NCBI GenBank assembly: GCA_965214935.1
Contig: CBDCCS010000022.1
Span: forward strand, 448,001-512,000
Length of the DNA stretch: 64,000 nt
Reading direction: 5' to 3'
Origin: Candidatus Velthaea sp.
GTDB lineage: Bacteria > Vulcanimicrobiota > Vulcanimicrobiia > Vulcanimicrobiales > Vulcanimicrobiaceae
Shown: positions 9,146 to 18,473 of the stretch, piece by piece
How positions within the stretch are numbered: position 1 is the first letter of the stretch
Layout: each line of letters opens with the position of its first letter
Translations under genes and position numbers: made by a program
The notes under the pieces: generated by a model
What the model saw: only the letters and a program-made list of their open reading frames with translations
What the model was told of the DNA's origin: nothing
The model's database searches: none

Positions 9146-10696
9146 TTAGATCGGCTCGCCGTGCCGCAGCTTTTCGCGGGTGCGCGCCGCTTTCGCCCGC
9201 ACGGCGTCGCGCCAAGCCGTGGGGCGGCCGGCCCAATTTCGCATGACGACGCTCATGCGCGGATTGCGCTCGAAGCGTGCCGCGTTACGGGCCAGAAAAT
9301 CCCAGTACAGCGCATTGTACGGACATGCGTTCTCCGTCTCGACGGCGCGATGATCGTACGTGCAGCGCTTGCAATAATTCGACATTTTGTTAATGTAATT
9401 CGCCGATGCGCAGTAAGGCTTGGTTCCGACATAGCCGCCGTCGGCATGTAGCGACATTCCGATCACGTTCGGCACCATGACCCAATCGTATCCGTCGACG
9501 AACATCGCCCAGAACCAATCGTTTGTTTCGATCGGATCGAATCCGGCGAGTAAGGCGAAGTTGCCGAGCACCATCAGGCGTAGAATATGATGCGCGTATG
9601 CGGTTTCGCGAACGTGGCCGAGCGCTTCGCGCATACAAAACATCTGCGTCTCGCCGGTCCAATAGAATTTGGGCAGCGGCACATGCGCATCGAGCGCATT
9701 GCGCTTGCGGTACTCGGGCATGAGCTTCCAATACACGCGCCAGATATATTCTCGCCAGCCGATGACCTGACGAATGAACCCTTCGACCGATTGCAGGCGC
9801 GCGGTACCGTTGCGATACGCGAGTTCGGCGCGCTCGCAAACTTCGAGCGGGTGAAGCAATCCCGTATTGATGTAGGCGGAGAGTAACGAGTGCGACATGT
9901 TGCGTTCTCCGGCGACCATCGCGTCCTGCCACGGCCCAAACGTATCGAGCCGCTCGGTGCAAAAGTGCTCGAGCGCCGCGAGCGCATCACGCCGCGTAAC
10001 CGCAAGATGGAAGTCACCGACGATCCCCGGATGGTCGGAAAATCGCCGTTCGACCATTTCGATTGCAGCCAACGTAATTGCATCGGGTTCGTAGCGCGGG
10101 ACAGCCGCAAAATGCAGTCCGGTCTGCGGCGGACGGCGATTCTCGGAGTCAAAATTCCAAGCCCCGCCCGCAGGCTGTTCGCCGTCCATGAGCAAGCCGG
10201 TCTTGCGCCGCATGCCGCGATAGAAATTCTCCATCGTGACCCGCGCCGTTTCACTCTTTGCAAGCCGGTCGAAGTCAGCCGGAACGGAGACGAAATTTGC
10301 ATGCGGCGTCACGTCGACGGCGAGTCCACATCGCTCGGCAGCTGCCGTCATCCCTTCGGTGATGCCCCACTCCGATTGCTGCATCATCCGCAAACCGGAC
10401 GGCTGAAAGCGCGCCACATGCTGTTCGAGTGCGTCGCTGAAATCTTCATGTTCGGCATAGTAGTCGACCGTCCAGCCGGCAGACCGCAAATCTTGGGCGA
10501 AATGACGCATGACCGCGTAAATGAGCACGAGTTTACGCCGGTGATAGGACGTCATGCGCGCACGCGCGATCGATTCGATCATGACGACGACCGATGTTTG
10601 CGGCGTACCGGCGCGCAGCGCCGAGTTGTGCGGCGTACATTGATCGGCCGTAATCCAGATGGTCGAAGGGCGAAGTGCCGAAGTGCGCATCGACAT
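9146..10696 (-). CDS. FeS-cluster bacterial cryptochrome/(6-4) photolyase (PhrB/CryB family)
   Basis: HRRKLVLIYAVMRHF, GGAWNFDSENR, EGFIRQVIGWRE, YAHHILRLMV and KPYCASANYINKMSNYCKRC..ACPY, with the four Fe-S Cys present. GGAGG SD before ATG 10696. Confidence 0.9.
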   Translation of the reverse strand: MSMRTSALRPSTIWITADQCTPHNSALRAGTPQTSVVVMIESIARARMTSYHRRKLVLIYAVMRHFAQDLRSAGWTVDYYAEHEDFSDALEQHVARFQPSGLRMMQQSEWGITEGMTAAAERCGLAVDVTPHANFVSVPADFDRLAKSETARVTMENFYRGMRRKTGLLMDGEQPAGGAWNFDSENRRPPQTGLHFAAVPRYEPDAITLAAIEMVERRFSDHPGIVGDFHLAVTRRDALAALEHFCTERLDTFGPWQDAMVAGERNMSHSLLSAYINTGLLHPLEVCERAELAYRNGTARLQSVEGFIRQVIGWREYIWRVYWKLMPEYRKRNALDAHVPLPKFYWTGETQMFCMREALGHVRETAYAHHILRLMVLGNFALLAGFDPIETNDWFWAMFVDGYDWVMVPNVIGMSLHADGGYVGTKPYCASANYINKMSNYCKRCTYDHRAVETENACPYNALYWDFLARNAARFERNPRMSVVMRNWAGRPTAWRDAVRAKAARTREKLRHGEPI

Positions 10697-10736
10697 GTCG
10701 ACGCCTCCGAAGGTTACGAAGTTTGCCGGCCGGCGT

Positions 10737-11357
10737 TTAGGGCAGCCTGAGTACGAGCTGTTGATGGGCGGTGCGCGGGAAATCACCGGGCGAATCGCCA
10801 TGGTCTTGCGCGTCGCTATGATAGACCGTGACGATCCAGGAGCCGGCATTCATGTGCTGCGGCGCGCTGATGGTCACGCTCGCGCCGCCATCTTCGCGCG
10901 CATCGAAGTTGTTCGTTATTCCGCTACCGTCGAGCGGCGAAAAGTGCGGACCATCGGCGCCGTCCATCCGAACGAACACGCTGTAATGCCCGAAGGCGAT
11001 AAGCCGATGGAGGCTCAAGCTGACCCGGTCGCCCGGGACATCGCTATTCGGAAGGATGTCAACCGTGCCGCTGGCCGCGCGCCACTTTTCGAGCGTGAAA
11101 AACAGCGCGTTCCCGGCCGCATCGAAGACGGGCGTCGCTGGATCGTCGTCGGAACGCGGCGACCGCAACCCGGCTTCATGGACGTTGATGTTTTCGTCGG
11201 TCTGAACCGACGCACGGCTGTCGCGGACGAAAACCTGCGCCGGCGTTTGCGCTCCGGGCGCATCGGCAGGCAGCAACGGCGTCGCGGCCACGCTTGCATC
11301 GGCCGGACGCAAGCAAGCCGCGACGGCCGCAATCGTCAGAACGGTACGTAGCCTCAT
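10737..11357 (-). CDS. Secreted hypothetical protein
   Basis: Signal-peptide-like MRLRTVLTIAAVAACL and a His-containing C-terminus (VYHSDAQDHG). Start uncertain. Confidence 0.6.
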   Translation of the reverse strand: MRLRTVLTIAAVAACLRPADASVAATPLLPADAPGAQTPAQVFVRDSRASVQTDENINVHEAGLRSPRSDDDPATPVFDAAGNALFFTLEKWRAASGTVDILPNSDVPGDRVSLSLHRLIAFGHYSVFVRMDGADGPHFSPLDGSGITNNFDAREDGGASVTISAPQHMNAGSWIVTVYHSDAQDHGDSPGDFPRTAHQQLVLRLP

Positions 11358-12189
11358 GTCCGTCCAACGCATTGCCCAGCCTCGGCGTTCCGCACGCAAC
11401 TCGCTCGAACCCTACGTCGAGTTTGCCAAGAAAGCGTTCTCGCGCGAAGCAACATACCGGGTTGAGGTTTTCACCAACCTCGGCAGCTTACTCATCCGGG
11501 TGTACTTGTTAAAGATGTTGTGGACGGCGCTCTACGCGCAGAATGCGGCACCCGCAAATGTCCCGCTACATGCAATCGTCACGTACTCAGCCGTCGCATT
11601 GTTGATGTCGCTCGTACTGGAAATCGACGGCACGCGGATGATTCGCGAGAAGATTCGCGAGGGAACGATCGCAACCGATCTCATGAAACCCATTAGCTTG
11701 CCATTGTACTTTTTTAGCGACGGATTCGGTCAAACGCTGTTAGGCGTGCTGCTCATCGTGCCCGCCTTGCTGCTCGCGCTGCTCATCGTTCACATCGACG
11801 TCCCGCAGCCGGTGGTCCTCGTCACGTTCAGCATGAGTTTTGCGCTCGGTTATTGTGTCAATTTTTTGCTGAACTTTCTCATGAACTCGATCGCGTTTTG
11901 GACGCTCGAAACGTTTGCAATCCAGATGGCCGTCCGTTGGATCTCCGATCTTTTGAGCGGACAAGTCATCCCGCTCATTTTCTTCCCGGGCATCTTACAA
12001 AACATCATGCTAGGTCTGCCGTTCGCAGCGATTTATTCAACGCCGTTGCTCATCTACGTCGGCACGATCGGCCCGCAGCAGTACGCCGGCGCCATTGCAT
12101 TGCAATTCGCCTGGCTCGTCGTGTTTGCCGGCCTCGCCACTGTAACGTGGCGTGCCGCGCAGCAACGTGTCGTCGTGCAAGGCGGCTGA
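11356..12189 (+). CDS. ABC-2 type permease (DUF990-like)
   Basis: Hydrophobic protein with IREGTIATDLMKP, LLSGQVIPL, LPFAAIYSTP and C-terminal VVVQGG. Confidence 0.85.
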   Translation: MSVQRIAQPRRSARNSLEPYVEFAKKAFSREATYRVEVFTNLGSLLIRVYLLKMLWTALYAQNAAPANVPLHAIVTYSAVALLMSLVLEIDGTRMIREKIREGTIATDLMKPISLPLYFFSDGFGQTLLGVLLIVPALLLALLIVHIDVPQPVVLVTFSMSFALGYCVNFLLNFLMNSIAFWTLETFAIQMAVRWISDLLSGQVIPLIFFPGILQNIMLGLPFAAIYSTPLLIYVGTIGPQQYAGAIALQFAWLVVFAGLATVTWRAAQQRVVVQGG

Positions 12190-12850
12190 TGCGCTTTGTG
12201 CAGCTGCCCGCCGGCAGTAATGAACCGACGCGTTTAACGACGATGTCGTGGCCTTCATGCCGGCTAATGCAACCGGCGATCGCGCCGCGTTGGTCGCGCT
12301 CATACAACCGCCGTACGCGCGGATGCCCGGGTATGAAAACTACGTCTTTGATCTCCGCCTTGAGCGCGGCGACCGGGCCGCCGTTCGTCGACGTGACGAG
12401 CTCGCTGCCGCACAGGGCGACTTTCACGGTGTAACCGGGTCCGGCACGATACGTTCCGGCATACGGCGCAAGTTCGGCGCGCGACAATCTTACGGAGCAC
12501 GGATCGTCCGGCAAGGCGATCGTCTGACTTGAGATCATCCGCCAGCCCGCGTGCTCGAGCAGCCATACTTTCAGTCGAGCGAAACTTCGCGCGAATGATT
12601 TGTCCGTGAACGTGTGTCGTCGCATTGTCGATAAACTCGGTAACCGCGACGTCGCCGTGCCGGGCAACGGCGAAGCCGGTTTGGACGAGCGCGTTCGAAA
12701 CACCGTGCGGTTCCCCCGGACGCGGAGCAATCAAGTCCGCTTTTCCGAACACCGGTCCATCCTCGTTGACAAACACGACACGTGCGTCGAGCAAGCGTGT
12801 CGCGACCGCCAACCGCACGTTCGCACATATCAGGCTGAAGCGAAGATACA
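12190..12850 (-). pseudogene. Frameshifted DUF4440/NTF2-like protein with C-terminal beta domain
   Basis: One frame reads ...HGDVAVTEF...KFRSTE and a second continues VWLLEHAGWRMISSQ...YAGTY. One extra A at 12569-12571 joins the two frames. Ends are approximate. Confidence 0.6.
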
Positions 12851-12889
12851 GCTTGCCGCTCGTATGAACGCTGCAGCCGCTCGTTGCGG

Positions 12890-14530
12890 CTAAATCGACC
12901 ACTGCCATGCATTCCACGTTTCAACGACGGGGTTCGGCGCAAAGCCGCGCAAATCGGAATTTACGGCTTGAATTTGCTTGGGCCACCAGAGAAAATCGAG
13001 CGGCACGTCGCGCTCGAGAATCTTCTGCACGTCGGCGTAGGCGCGCGCGCGTTGCGGCTGCGAATAGGTGCCGAGCGCAATTCGCTGCGCGGCGTCCATC
13101 TGCGAGTTGCAGAAATACGATTGATTGAATCCGCCCGGCGGAATGTTCGAACAGAGAAATTGCGAGGAATCATCGGGATCGATTCCGGCGATCCAGTTGT
13201 ATAACGCCATGTCGTAATGTCCCCGCGCGAGCGTACCGTTCGCGCCGTAACCGCCGTAAATGATCGAACTTAATTGCGGGTGGACGTGTACGTCGATGCC
13301 CAACGCCGCCAGCGTCGCTTGAATCTGAACGCTCGCGGTTTTATTGAGCGCCGTGCTTTGCTCGAAGTACAGTTCGAGCGATAGCCGATGGGTCGGACCG
13401 TAACCGGCGGCGCCGAGCAGTTTTTTCGCCGCTGCCGGATCGTACGGCGTCGGATGCAAGCCCCGGTCGTACGCCCAGAGAAACGACGGCAAGTCTTGCG
13501 TCGCGACGTCGGCGGCACCGAAGGTCAAGCGTCGGACGAGCGCCGGTTTATCGAGCGCATACATCACGGCCCGGCGGACGCGCACGTCCTTGGTCGGACC
13601 CTTACTCGTGTTGAACATGAGGCCTTCGTAACCGTTGAACGGCGTCAGAACGATCCGCACGTCGGCGGGCGACATGCCGCGCAGCTCTTTATATGCGTTG
13701 ACCGAAACCTCGAAGAACCAGTCGATTTCATGCGTCTGCAACTGCGTGATTTCGGTGTTTTCGTCCGGAATCAATTTGATAACGATCGACCGAAGTTTCG
13801 GCTTGCCCAAGAAATACTTGTCGTTTCGCGTCAACTCGATCTGGTTGCCGCGCAGCCAGCGTACGACTTGAAACGGACCGGTGCCGATCGGCAGCGAGTT
13901 GAACGGAACGTCGTTGATCGTCTTGGCTTTCGCAAGCAGATGCGCGGGAAGGACGCCGTAGGGGCTGTCGCTATCGCCGAAGACGGTACCGACAAACGGC
14001 GCAAAGCGATTCTTCAAATGAAACACGATCGTGTGTGCATCCGGCGTCTCGACACGTTTTACGACATCGTAGCCGTGTCGCGAGATGATGTCGTTGTCGC
14101 GGTTCATGATCGCGTCGAACGTGAAGCGAACGTCGTTACTTGAAAACGGCGCACCGTCTTGCCAGCTTACATGTTGACGCAGCTTGTAGCGGATGGTGAG
14201 TCCGTCGGCGCTTATGCCGCCGTTCGCCGTGGTCGGAACTTCAGATGCAAGGTCGGGCTTGAACTGGCCGCGCTCGTCGACCGTAACGAGAATGTCGCTG
14301 AATAAGCGGTTGATCGACGCTTCGATCGTCTGCGTACCGAGTAGCGGATTGAGCGTTCGCGGGACGACCCCGCTTGCTATTCGCAGCGTATCGGGGACGG
14401 TCCACGAATGGCGGCCGTCCGCAGCCGGTCCGGCCGTTCGTGCCGGCTGTGCGCGCGTGCAACCGCCGACGAAGAAAGCGGCGACCAGCGCGGCGGCTAT
14501 TCCCAGCTGAGCTCGTCGACGTAGCACCAC
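12890..14530 (-). CDS. Peptide ABC transporter substrate-binding lipoprotein (SBP family 5)
   Basis: Lipobox-like FVGGC, PDLASEVPT..NGGISADG, WQDGAPFSSNDVRFT and PIGTGPF. Start approximate. Confidence 0.9.
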   Translation of the reverse strand: MVLRRRAQLGIAAALVAAFFVGGCTRAQPARTAGPAADGRHSWTVPDTLRIASGVVPRTLNPLLGTQTIEASINRLFSDILVTVDERGQFKPDLASEVPTTANGGISADGLTIRYKLRQHVSWQDGAPFSSNDVRFTFDAIMNRDNDIISRHGYDVVKRVETPDAHTIVFHLKNRFAPFVGTVFGDSDSPYGVLPAHLLAKAKTINDVPFNSLPIGTGPFQVVRWLRGNQIELTRNDKYFLGKPKLRSIVIKLIPDENTEITQLQTHEIDWFFEVSVNAYKELRGMSPADVRIVLTPFNGYEGLMFNTSKGPTKDVRVRRAVMYALDKPALVRRLTFGAADVATQDLPSFLWAYDRGLHPTPYDPAAAKKLLGAAGYGPTHRLSLELYFEQSTALNKTASVQIQATLAALGIDVHVHPQLSSIIYGGYGANGTLARGHYDMALYNWIAGIDPDDSSQFLCSNIPPGGFNQSYFCNSQMDAAQRIALGTYSQPQRARAYADVQKILERDVPLDFLWWPKQIQAVNSDLRGFAPNPVVETWNAWQWSI

Positions 14531-14757
14531 TTCCAGTCTTCGCCTCTCTCCAACGAAGCGATAATCGGGTGCTTCGTCGCGTGATAATGCTTTGTCGCGT
14601 GGGTGTTCTTGGATGAGTCGCAACAGCCTACGTGGCCGCAGTGCGTGCACAAACGCAAGTGCACCCAGGTATCGCCCATCTTCAAGCACTCTTCACAGCC
14701 ATGAGTATGCGGCTTTACGTCGTTCATCGTGTCGAGGTGCGAGCATGCGTTCGTCAT
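14497..14757 (-). CDS. UBP-type zinc finger protein
   Basis: CEECLKMGDTWVHLRLCTHCGHVGCCDSSKNTHATKH...WKWCYVDE, with GGAGGA SD. Confidence 0.9.
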   Translation of the reverse strand: MTNACSHLDTMNDVKPHTHGCEECLKMGDTWVHLRLCTHCGHVGCCDSSKNTHATKHYHATKHPIIASLERGEDWKWCYVDELSWE

Positions 14758-14897
14758 GGATCCTCCGGTAAGGGTGATGTACGGCCGGTTCTTTGTCACG
14801 CGCGTCGGCGACACTGCTTATTGCGACGCGCTGGGACTCGAACGAGTAACGAGGCGACCGGCATGGTCGTAGCACCGTTGGCGGGTAGCTGCAGAGC

Positions 14898-15059
14898 ATG
14901 CAACCCGATGAATCGCCGCAAGTTGAATCAACGCCGCCGTCATTCGCCGAGCGTGCTTATCGCGACGCCCCGGCATTCGACGAAGACGAGGGTCTTAGCG
15001 AGGAAGATAAGGAGCTTGCCGATACGTTTCCGGCGAGCGATCCGCCGGCGCAGCCGTAA
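14898..15059 (+). CDS. Small acidic protein with FPASDPP motif (53 aa), not in the ORF track
   Basis: MQPDESPQVE...DKELADTFPASDPPAQP*. The (S/T)FPASDPP motif is recurrent in small bacterial hypothetical proteins. Confidence 0.7.
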   Translation: MQPDESPQVESTPPSFAERAYRDAPAFDEDEGLSEEDKELADTFPASDPPAQP

Positions 15060-15063
15060 GCGC

Positions 15064-15918
15064 ATGGCGCACCGCGCGATCGACCTTCCGCCGCCGCCGG
15101 CCGGAACGGCCATTCCGGCCGGCGCTGCGGCCAACTTGCGCTTCATCGGCAATGCAACGTTGTTGCTGGAGCTTTGCGGCGTTCGCATTCTTACCGATCC
15201 GAATTTTTTGCATGCGGGCGATCACGCGCATATCGGATATGGAATGACGACGAAACGGCTGCTGGATCCGGCACTTTCGTTCGAAGAATTGCCGCATGTC
15301 GACGCGGTCGTGCTGTCACATTATCACGGCGATCATTTCGATCAGGACGTCGAGGCCAAGCTCCGGCGTGACATGCCGATCGTGACGACGCCGCATGCAG
15401 CGGCCATTCTTACGCGGAGCGGCTTTACGGCGACCTGCGCCTTGCCGACGTGGTCGTCGGTCGACCTGCGACGCGCGAGCCGCAAGGTGTCAATAACCGC
15501 GCTGCCCGGCAAACACGGTCCCGGCTTGTTGTCCGCCGCCCTGCCGCAAGTTATGGGCAGTCTCCTTGAGTTTGAGCCGCCGGATGCAACGCAGCCGGTG
15601 CGCGTTTATTTGAGCGGCGATACGCTCGTCCACGACGCGTTGTACGAGATACCCAAACGGTTTCCCGACATCGACCTGGCAGTTTTGCACCTCGGCGGCA
15701 CGCGTGTTTTCGGCGTGTTGCTGACGCTTGACGGACACGGCGGCATCACCGCGCTGCGGATCATCAATGCTCGCGTGACCATGCCCGTTCATTTCGAGGA
15801 GTATACCGTGATGCGTTCACCGCTCGAAGACTTCATGCGCGAAGTGCAGCACGCCGGATTGAGCGATCGCGTCCGGTACGTACCGCGCGGTGCGACGATC
15901 GACTTAGCGACGCTGTAA
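15064..15918 (+). CDS. Metallo-beta-lactamase-fold hydrolase
   Basis: ILTDPNF, LSHYHGDHFD, YLSGDT and PVHFEEY. Confidence 0.85.
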   Translation: MAHRAIDLPPPPAGTAIPAGAAANLRFIGNATLLLELCGVRILTDPNFLHAGDHAHIGYGMTTKRLLDPALSFEELPHVDAVVLSHYHGDHFDQDVEAKLRRDMPIVTTPHAAAILTRSGFTATCALPTWSSVDLRRASRKVSITALPGKHGPGLLSAALPQVMGSLLEFEPPDATQPVRVYLSGDTLVHDALYEIPKRFPDIDLAVLHLGGTRVFGVLLTLDGHGGITALRIINARVTMPVHFEEYTVMRSPLEDFMREVQHAGLSDRVRYVPRGATIDLATL

Positions 15919-16073
15919 ACGCCTGCTCGGTCCAAGTTTTCTTCGTGGCGAGAGCGGGATCGTAGGGCCCGACGATCGTTGTGCGGATGCGCGTTATTTC
16001 TTTACCCGCTCGCTGAGATAATCGTACCAACGACTTAGGCGAATCGGTGTATTGCGAAAAGGCAGCTGCTGGT

Positions 16074-17009
16074 TTAGATCGGATCGCGTGCGCATGGCGG
16101 CGACGGATGAGCCGGCGGCGCGAAGTCGATCTCGCCGCTTGCGGCGAGGCGCCCGAGCAAAAGGTGATAGTACAGCATTCCGCGTTGCCGACCGAGCTTC
16201 GTCAAAATATCCGTTACGTCGACGTCCGGATCGCCCGACAGATCTTTGAGCGTGCGCGCAACCCCTGAATCGTTCAGCGGAAAAGTATCCAACCGGCCGA
16301 ATCCGCGCAACGCGATCACCGCCGCGCTCCACGGCCCGATGCCTTTGCAGCTTTGCAGTCGTAACGTCAGTTCGGTCGTCGGCAGATCCGTCAGTATCGC
16401 ATCGTCGTATTGTGCACTTTCGATCGTCCGGCCGATGCTCCGCAAGGCGGCGATTTTATTTGCGCTCAAGCCCAAGGCGCGTAGCTCGCGCGGGTCGGCT
16501 TCAACGACCGCCGACGGTGACGGGAAACACGCAAGCCGTACGTCGCCGTAGGTTTGCAGCGGCTCGTATCGTTCGACCAAGCGACGCAGGATGGCAGTCG
16601 CCGCGTGAATGCTGACTTGTTGAAAAACAACTGCATTGACGATGGCTTCCCAGAGCGACGGATAGCGCGGCGGCTTCACGCCCCGAGCCCGCGCGGCCAG
16701 AGCCGCAAGCCAGGGAATGCCGGCGGCTGCCTCATTGAAGTGCGTCAAGTCGACGTCGGTACCGAGCATGCGTCGTACGAGCGGCAGCACGGCTAGACCT
16801 CGCGCGCACCGCACGTCCAAACGGTCCGGTAGGGGTTGGGAAACTTCGAGCAGCGCGGGTTGCGCCGCACTGCCCAGCACGCGCCGGTAAATGCCGTCCG
16901 CGAAAACATCGACGATATTGGTCGATAGGCGGCGCAAGACGGCCGCAGTCAAGTCCAGCCGGTACGGCGGCACGACGGGGAGGGCAAAGGCGCCGGCGGA
17001 ATCCGTCAA
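16074..17009 (-). CDS. DNA-3-methyladenine glycosylase II (AlkA family, HhH-GPD)
   Basis: SLWEAIVNAVVFQQVS, KGIGPWSA and DTFPLND. Confidence 0.85.
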   Translation of the reverse strand: MTDSAGAFALPVVPPYRLDLTAAVLRRLSTNIVDVFADGIYRRVLGSAAQPALLEVSQPLPDRLDVRCARGLAVLPLVRRMLGTDVDLTHFNEAAAGIPWLAALAARARGVKPPRYPSLWEAIVNAVVFQQVSIHAATAILRRLVERYEPLQTYGDVRLACFPSPSAVVEADPRELRALGLSANKIAALRSIGRTIESAQYDDAILTDLPTTELTLRLQSCKGIGPWSAAVIALRGFGRLDTFPLNDSGVARTLKDLSGDPDVDVTDILTKLGRQRGMLYYHLLLGRLAASGEIDFAPPAHPSPPCARDPI

Positions 17010-17011
17010 GG

Positions 17012-17809
17012 GTGTATCTCGACACCTACTGCCAGTATTGGCGAATCAATGTTCTGACGATGCTCGAGTACCGGGCGAATTTCATCATGTGGTCCGGTTT
17101 TACGGTCATCTATCATGCAACGGCAGTCATTGCATTATGGGTGACGCTCAATACGTTTCCATCGCTAAATGGTTGGGATTTCCGGCAAACTGCGTTCATG
17201 TACGGATTGTGGATGCTCGGGCATGGCCTGCACAATACGATTTTTTTTACCGTCGGCAGCGTCCCGGAGTTCGTGCGTGAAGGCCGATTCGATCGCTTTC
17301 TGATCCGGCCGCTCGACCCGCTGTTCCAAGCGTTGACGGTACCGCAGCAAATTTGGCCCGATGAGCTCGTACTCGCCGTCATCTTCTTTTGCACCGTTAC
17401 CGTCGTTGCGCACGTTCGCGTCGATCTCGTCTTCTTGCTGTACGTGCCGCTGGTCGCACTCGGCGGCGCGCTGATCGATCTCGGTATCAATCTTGCGATC
17501 GCGACGGCTTCATTTTGGTTCGTTCGTATCGACACACTCCGTTGGGTCGTCATGTCACTCGAACAAGAATTTTCGCGCTATCCGATTTCGATCTATGGCC
17601 GCGGCGTGCGCGTCATGCTTGCATTCGTCTTACCGTTTGCGTTTATGAACTATTTTCCGGCGACGTTTCTGTTGCACAAGGCCGAAACCGGGTTCAACCT
17701 TAATCCCGGCGTCGGCCTGCTCACCCCGGTCGTCGGCGCGCTGTGGGCCGCAATCGCATATGTGTTTTGGCGTAAAGGCCTGAACCGTTATCAAGGGACC
17801 GGGAGTTAG
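17012..17809 (+). CDS. ABC-2 type permease (DUF990-like), second subunit
   Basis: LEYRANF, VREGRFDRFLIRP, RYPISIY, LPFAFMNYFP and C-terminal RYQGTGS. Confidence 0.85.
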   Translation: MYLDTYCQYWRINVLTMLEYRANFIMWSGFTVIYHATAVIALWVTLNTFPSLNGWDFRQTAFMYGLWMLGHGLHNTIFFTVGSVPEFVREGRFDRFLIRPLDPLFQALTVPQQIWPDELVLAVIFFCTVTVVAHVRVDLVFLLYVPLVALGGALIDLGINLAIATASFWFVRIDTLRWVVMSLEQEFSRYPISIYGRGVRVMLAFVLPFAFMNYFPATFLLHKAETGFNLNPGVGLLTPVVGALWAAIAYVFWRKGLNRYQGTGS

Positions 17810-18444
17810 ATTCGGCCGGTTTTTGACGTCGGGCGCTTGCGTTTTGCGACGGGTCGCGTCGTACCGGCGGCTGGTTTGACGACCGGCGACACCCGAGGGG
17901 AGTCGGCGGGCGGCGTGAGCGCACCCTTCGGCGGCGTCTTCATCAATTGTTTATCGCGTTCTTGCGTCCATGCAAAATAACGCAGGTGCTCGAATTGGTT
18001 GACGAACGCATCGCGATACGGCTTGTTATGGAAAAATAGCGCCGTGTTCACTTGATGCCAGCCGCCCAAGCTAAAGTTGACCGATCCTTCCCAGCACCAT
18101 GGCTGCGGCGTATCGTCGCAAACGATACCTTTCGTATGACAAATGTATTGCGTACCGACCGGGGACGTACCGATGGTCACCTCGACGCCGCCGTCGACGA
18201 GCCGCTGCACTTGCGGTGCTTCGGCACGCCCGGTCGACTGACTGTAATCCAAGTAGATATGGATCGGCCCGCTGGCCGAATTGTTCGCAATGATTTCGTC
18301 GATCATCGGCGTCAGCGTGAACGAGTACGCGATGATCCACATTTCATACGGGTCTTTCAAATGCTGCAAGAACAGCGCTTGGGCGGCGGCACCGTCGTCG
18401 GGCAACAGAAAGCACTCGATATTCGTCGTAATCTCAAACGACAT
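17806..18444 (-). CDS. Phospholipase D/Nuc-like single-HKD protein
   Basis: IIAYSFT, HTKGIVCD (HxKxxxxD) and EGSVNFS, with GAGGAG SD. Confidence 0.8.
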   Translation of the reverse strand: MSFEITTNIECFLLPDDGAAAQALFLQHLKDPYEMWIIAYSFTLTPMIDEIIANNSASGPIHIYLDYSQSTGRAEAPQVQRLVDGGVEVTIGTSPVGTQYICHTKGIVCDDTPQPWCWEGSVNFSLGGWHQVNTALFFHNKPYRDAFVNQFEHLRYFAWTQERDKQLMKTPPKGALTPPADSPRVSPVVKPAAGTTRPVAKRKRPTSKTGRI

Positions 18445-18473
18445 GCGATCCTCCTCGCAGCGCCGGAACGCGC

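Noticed and set aside
17806..18444. PLD nuclease as part of an anti-phage system
   Set aside because: Stand-alone gene with no helicase, methylase or other defence genes adjacent.
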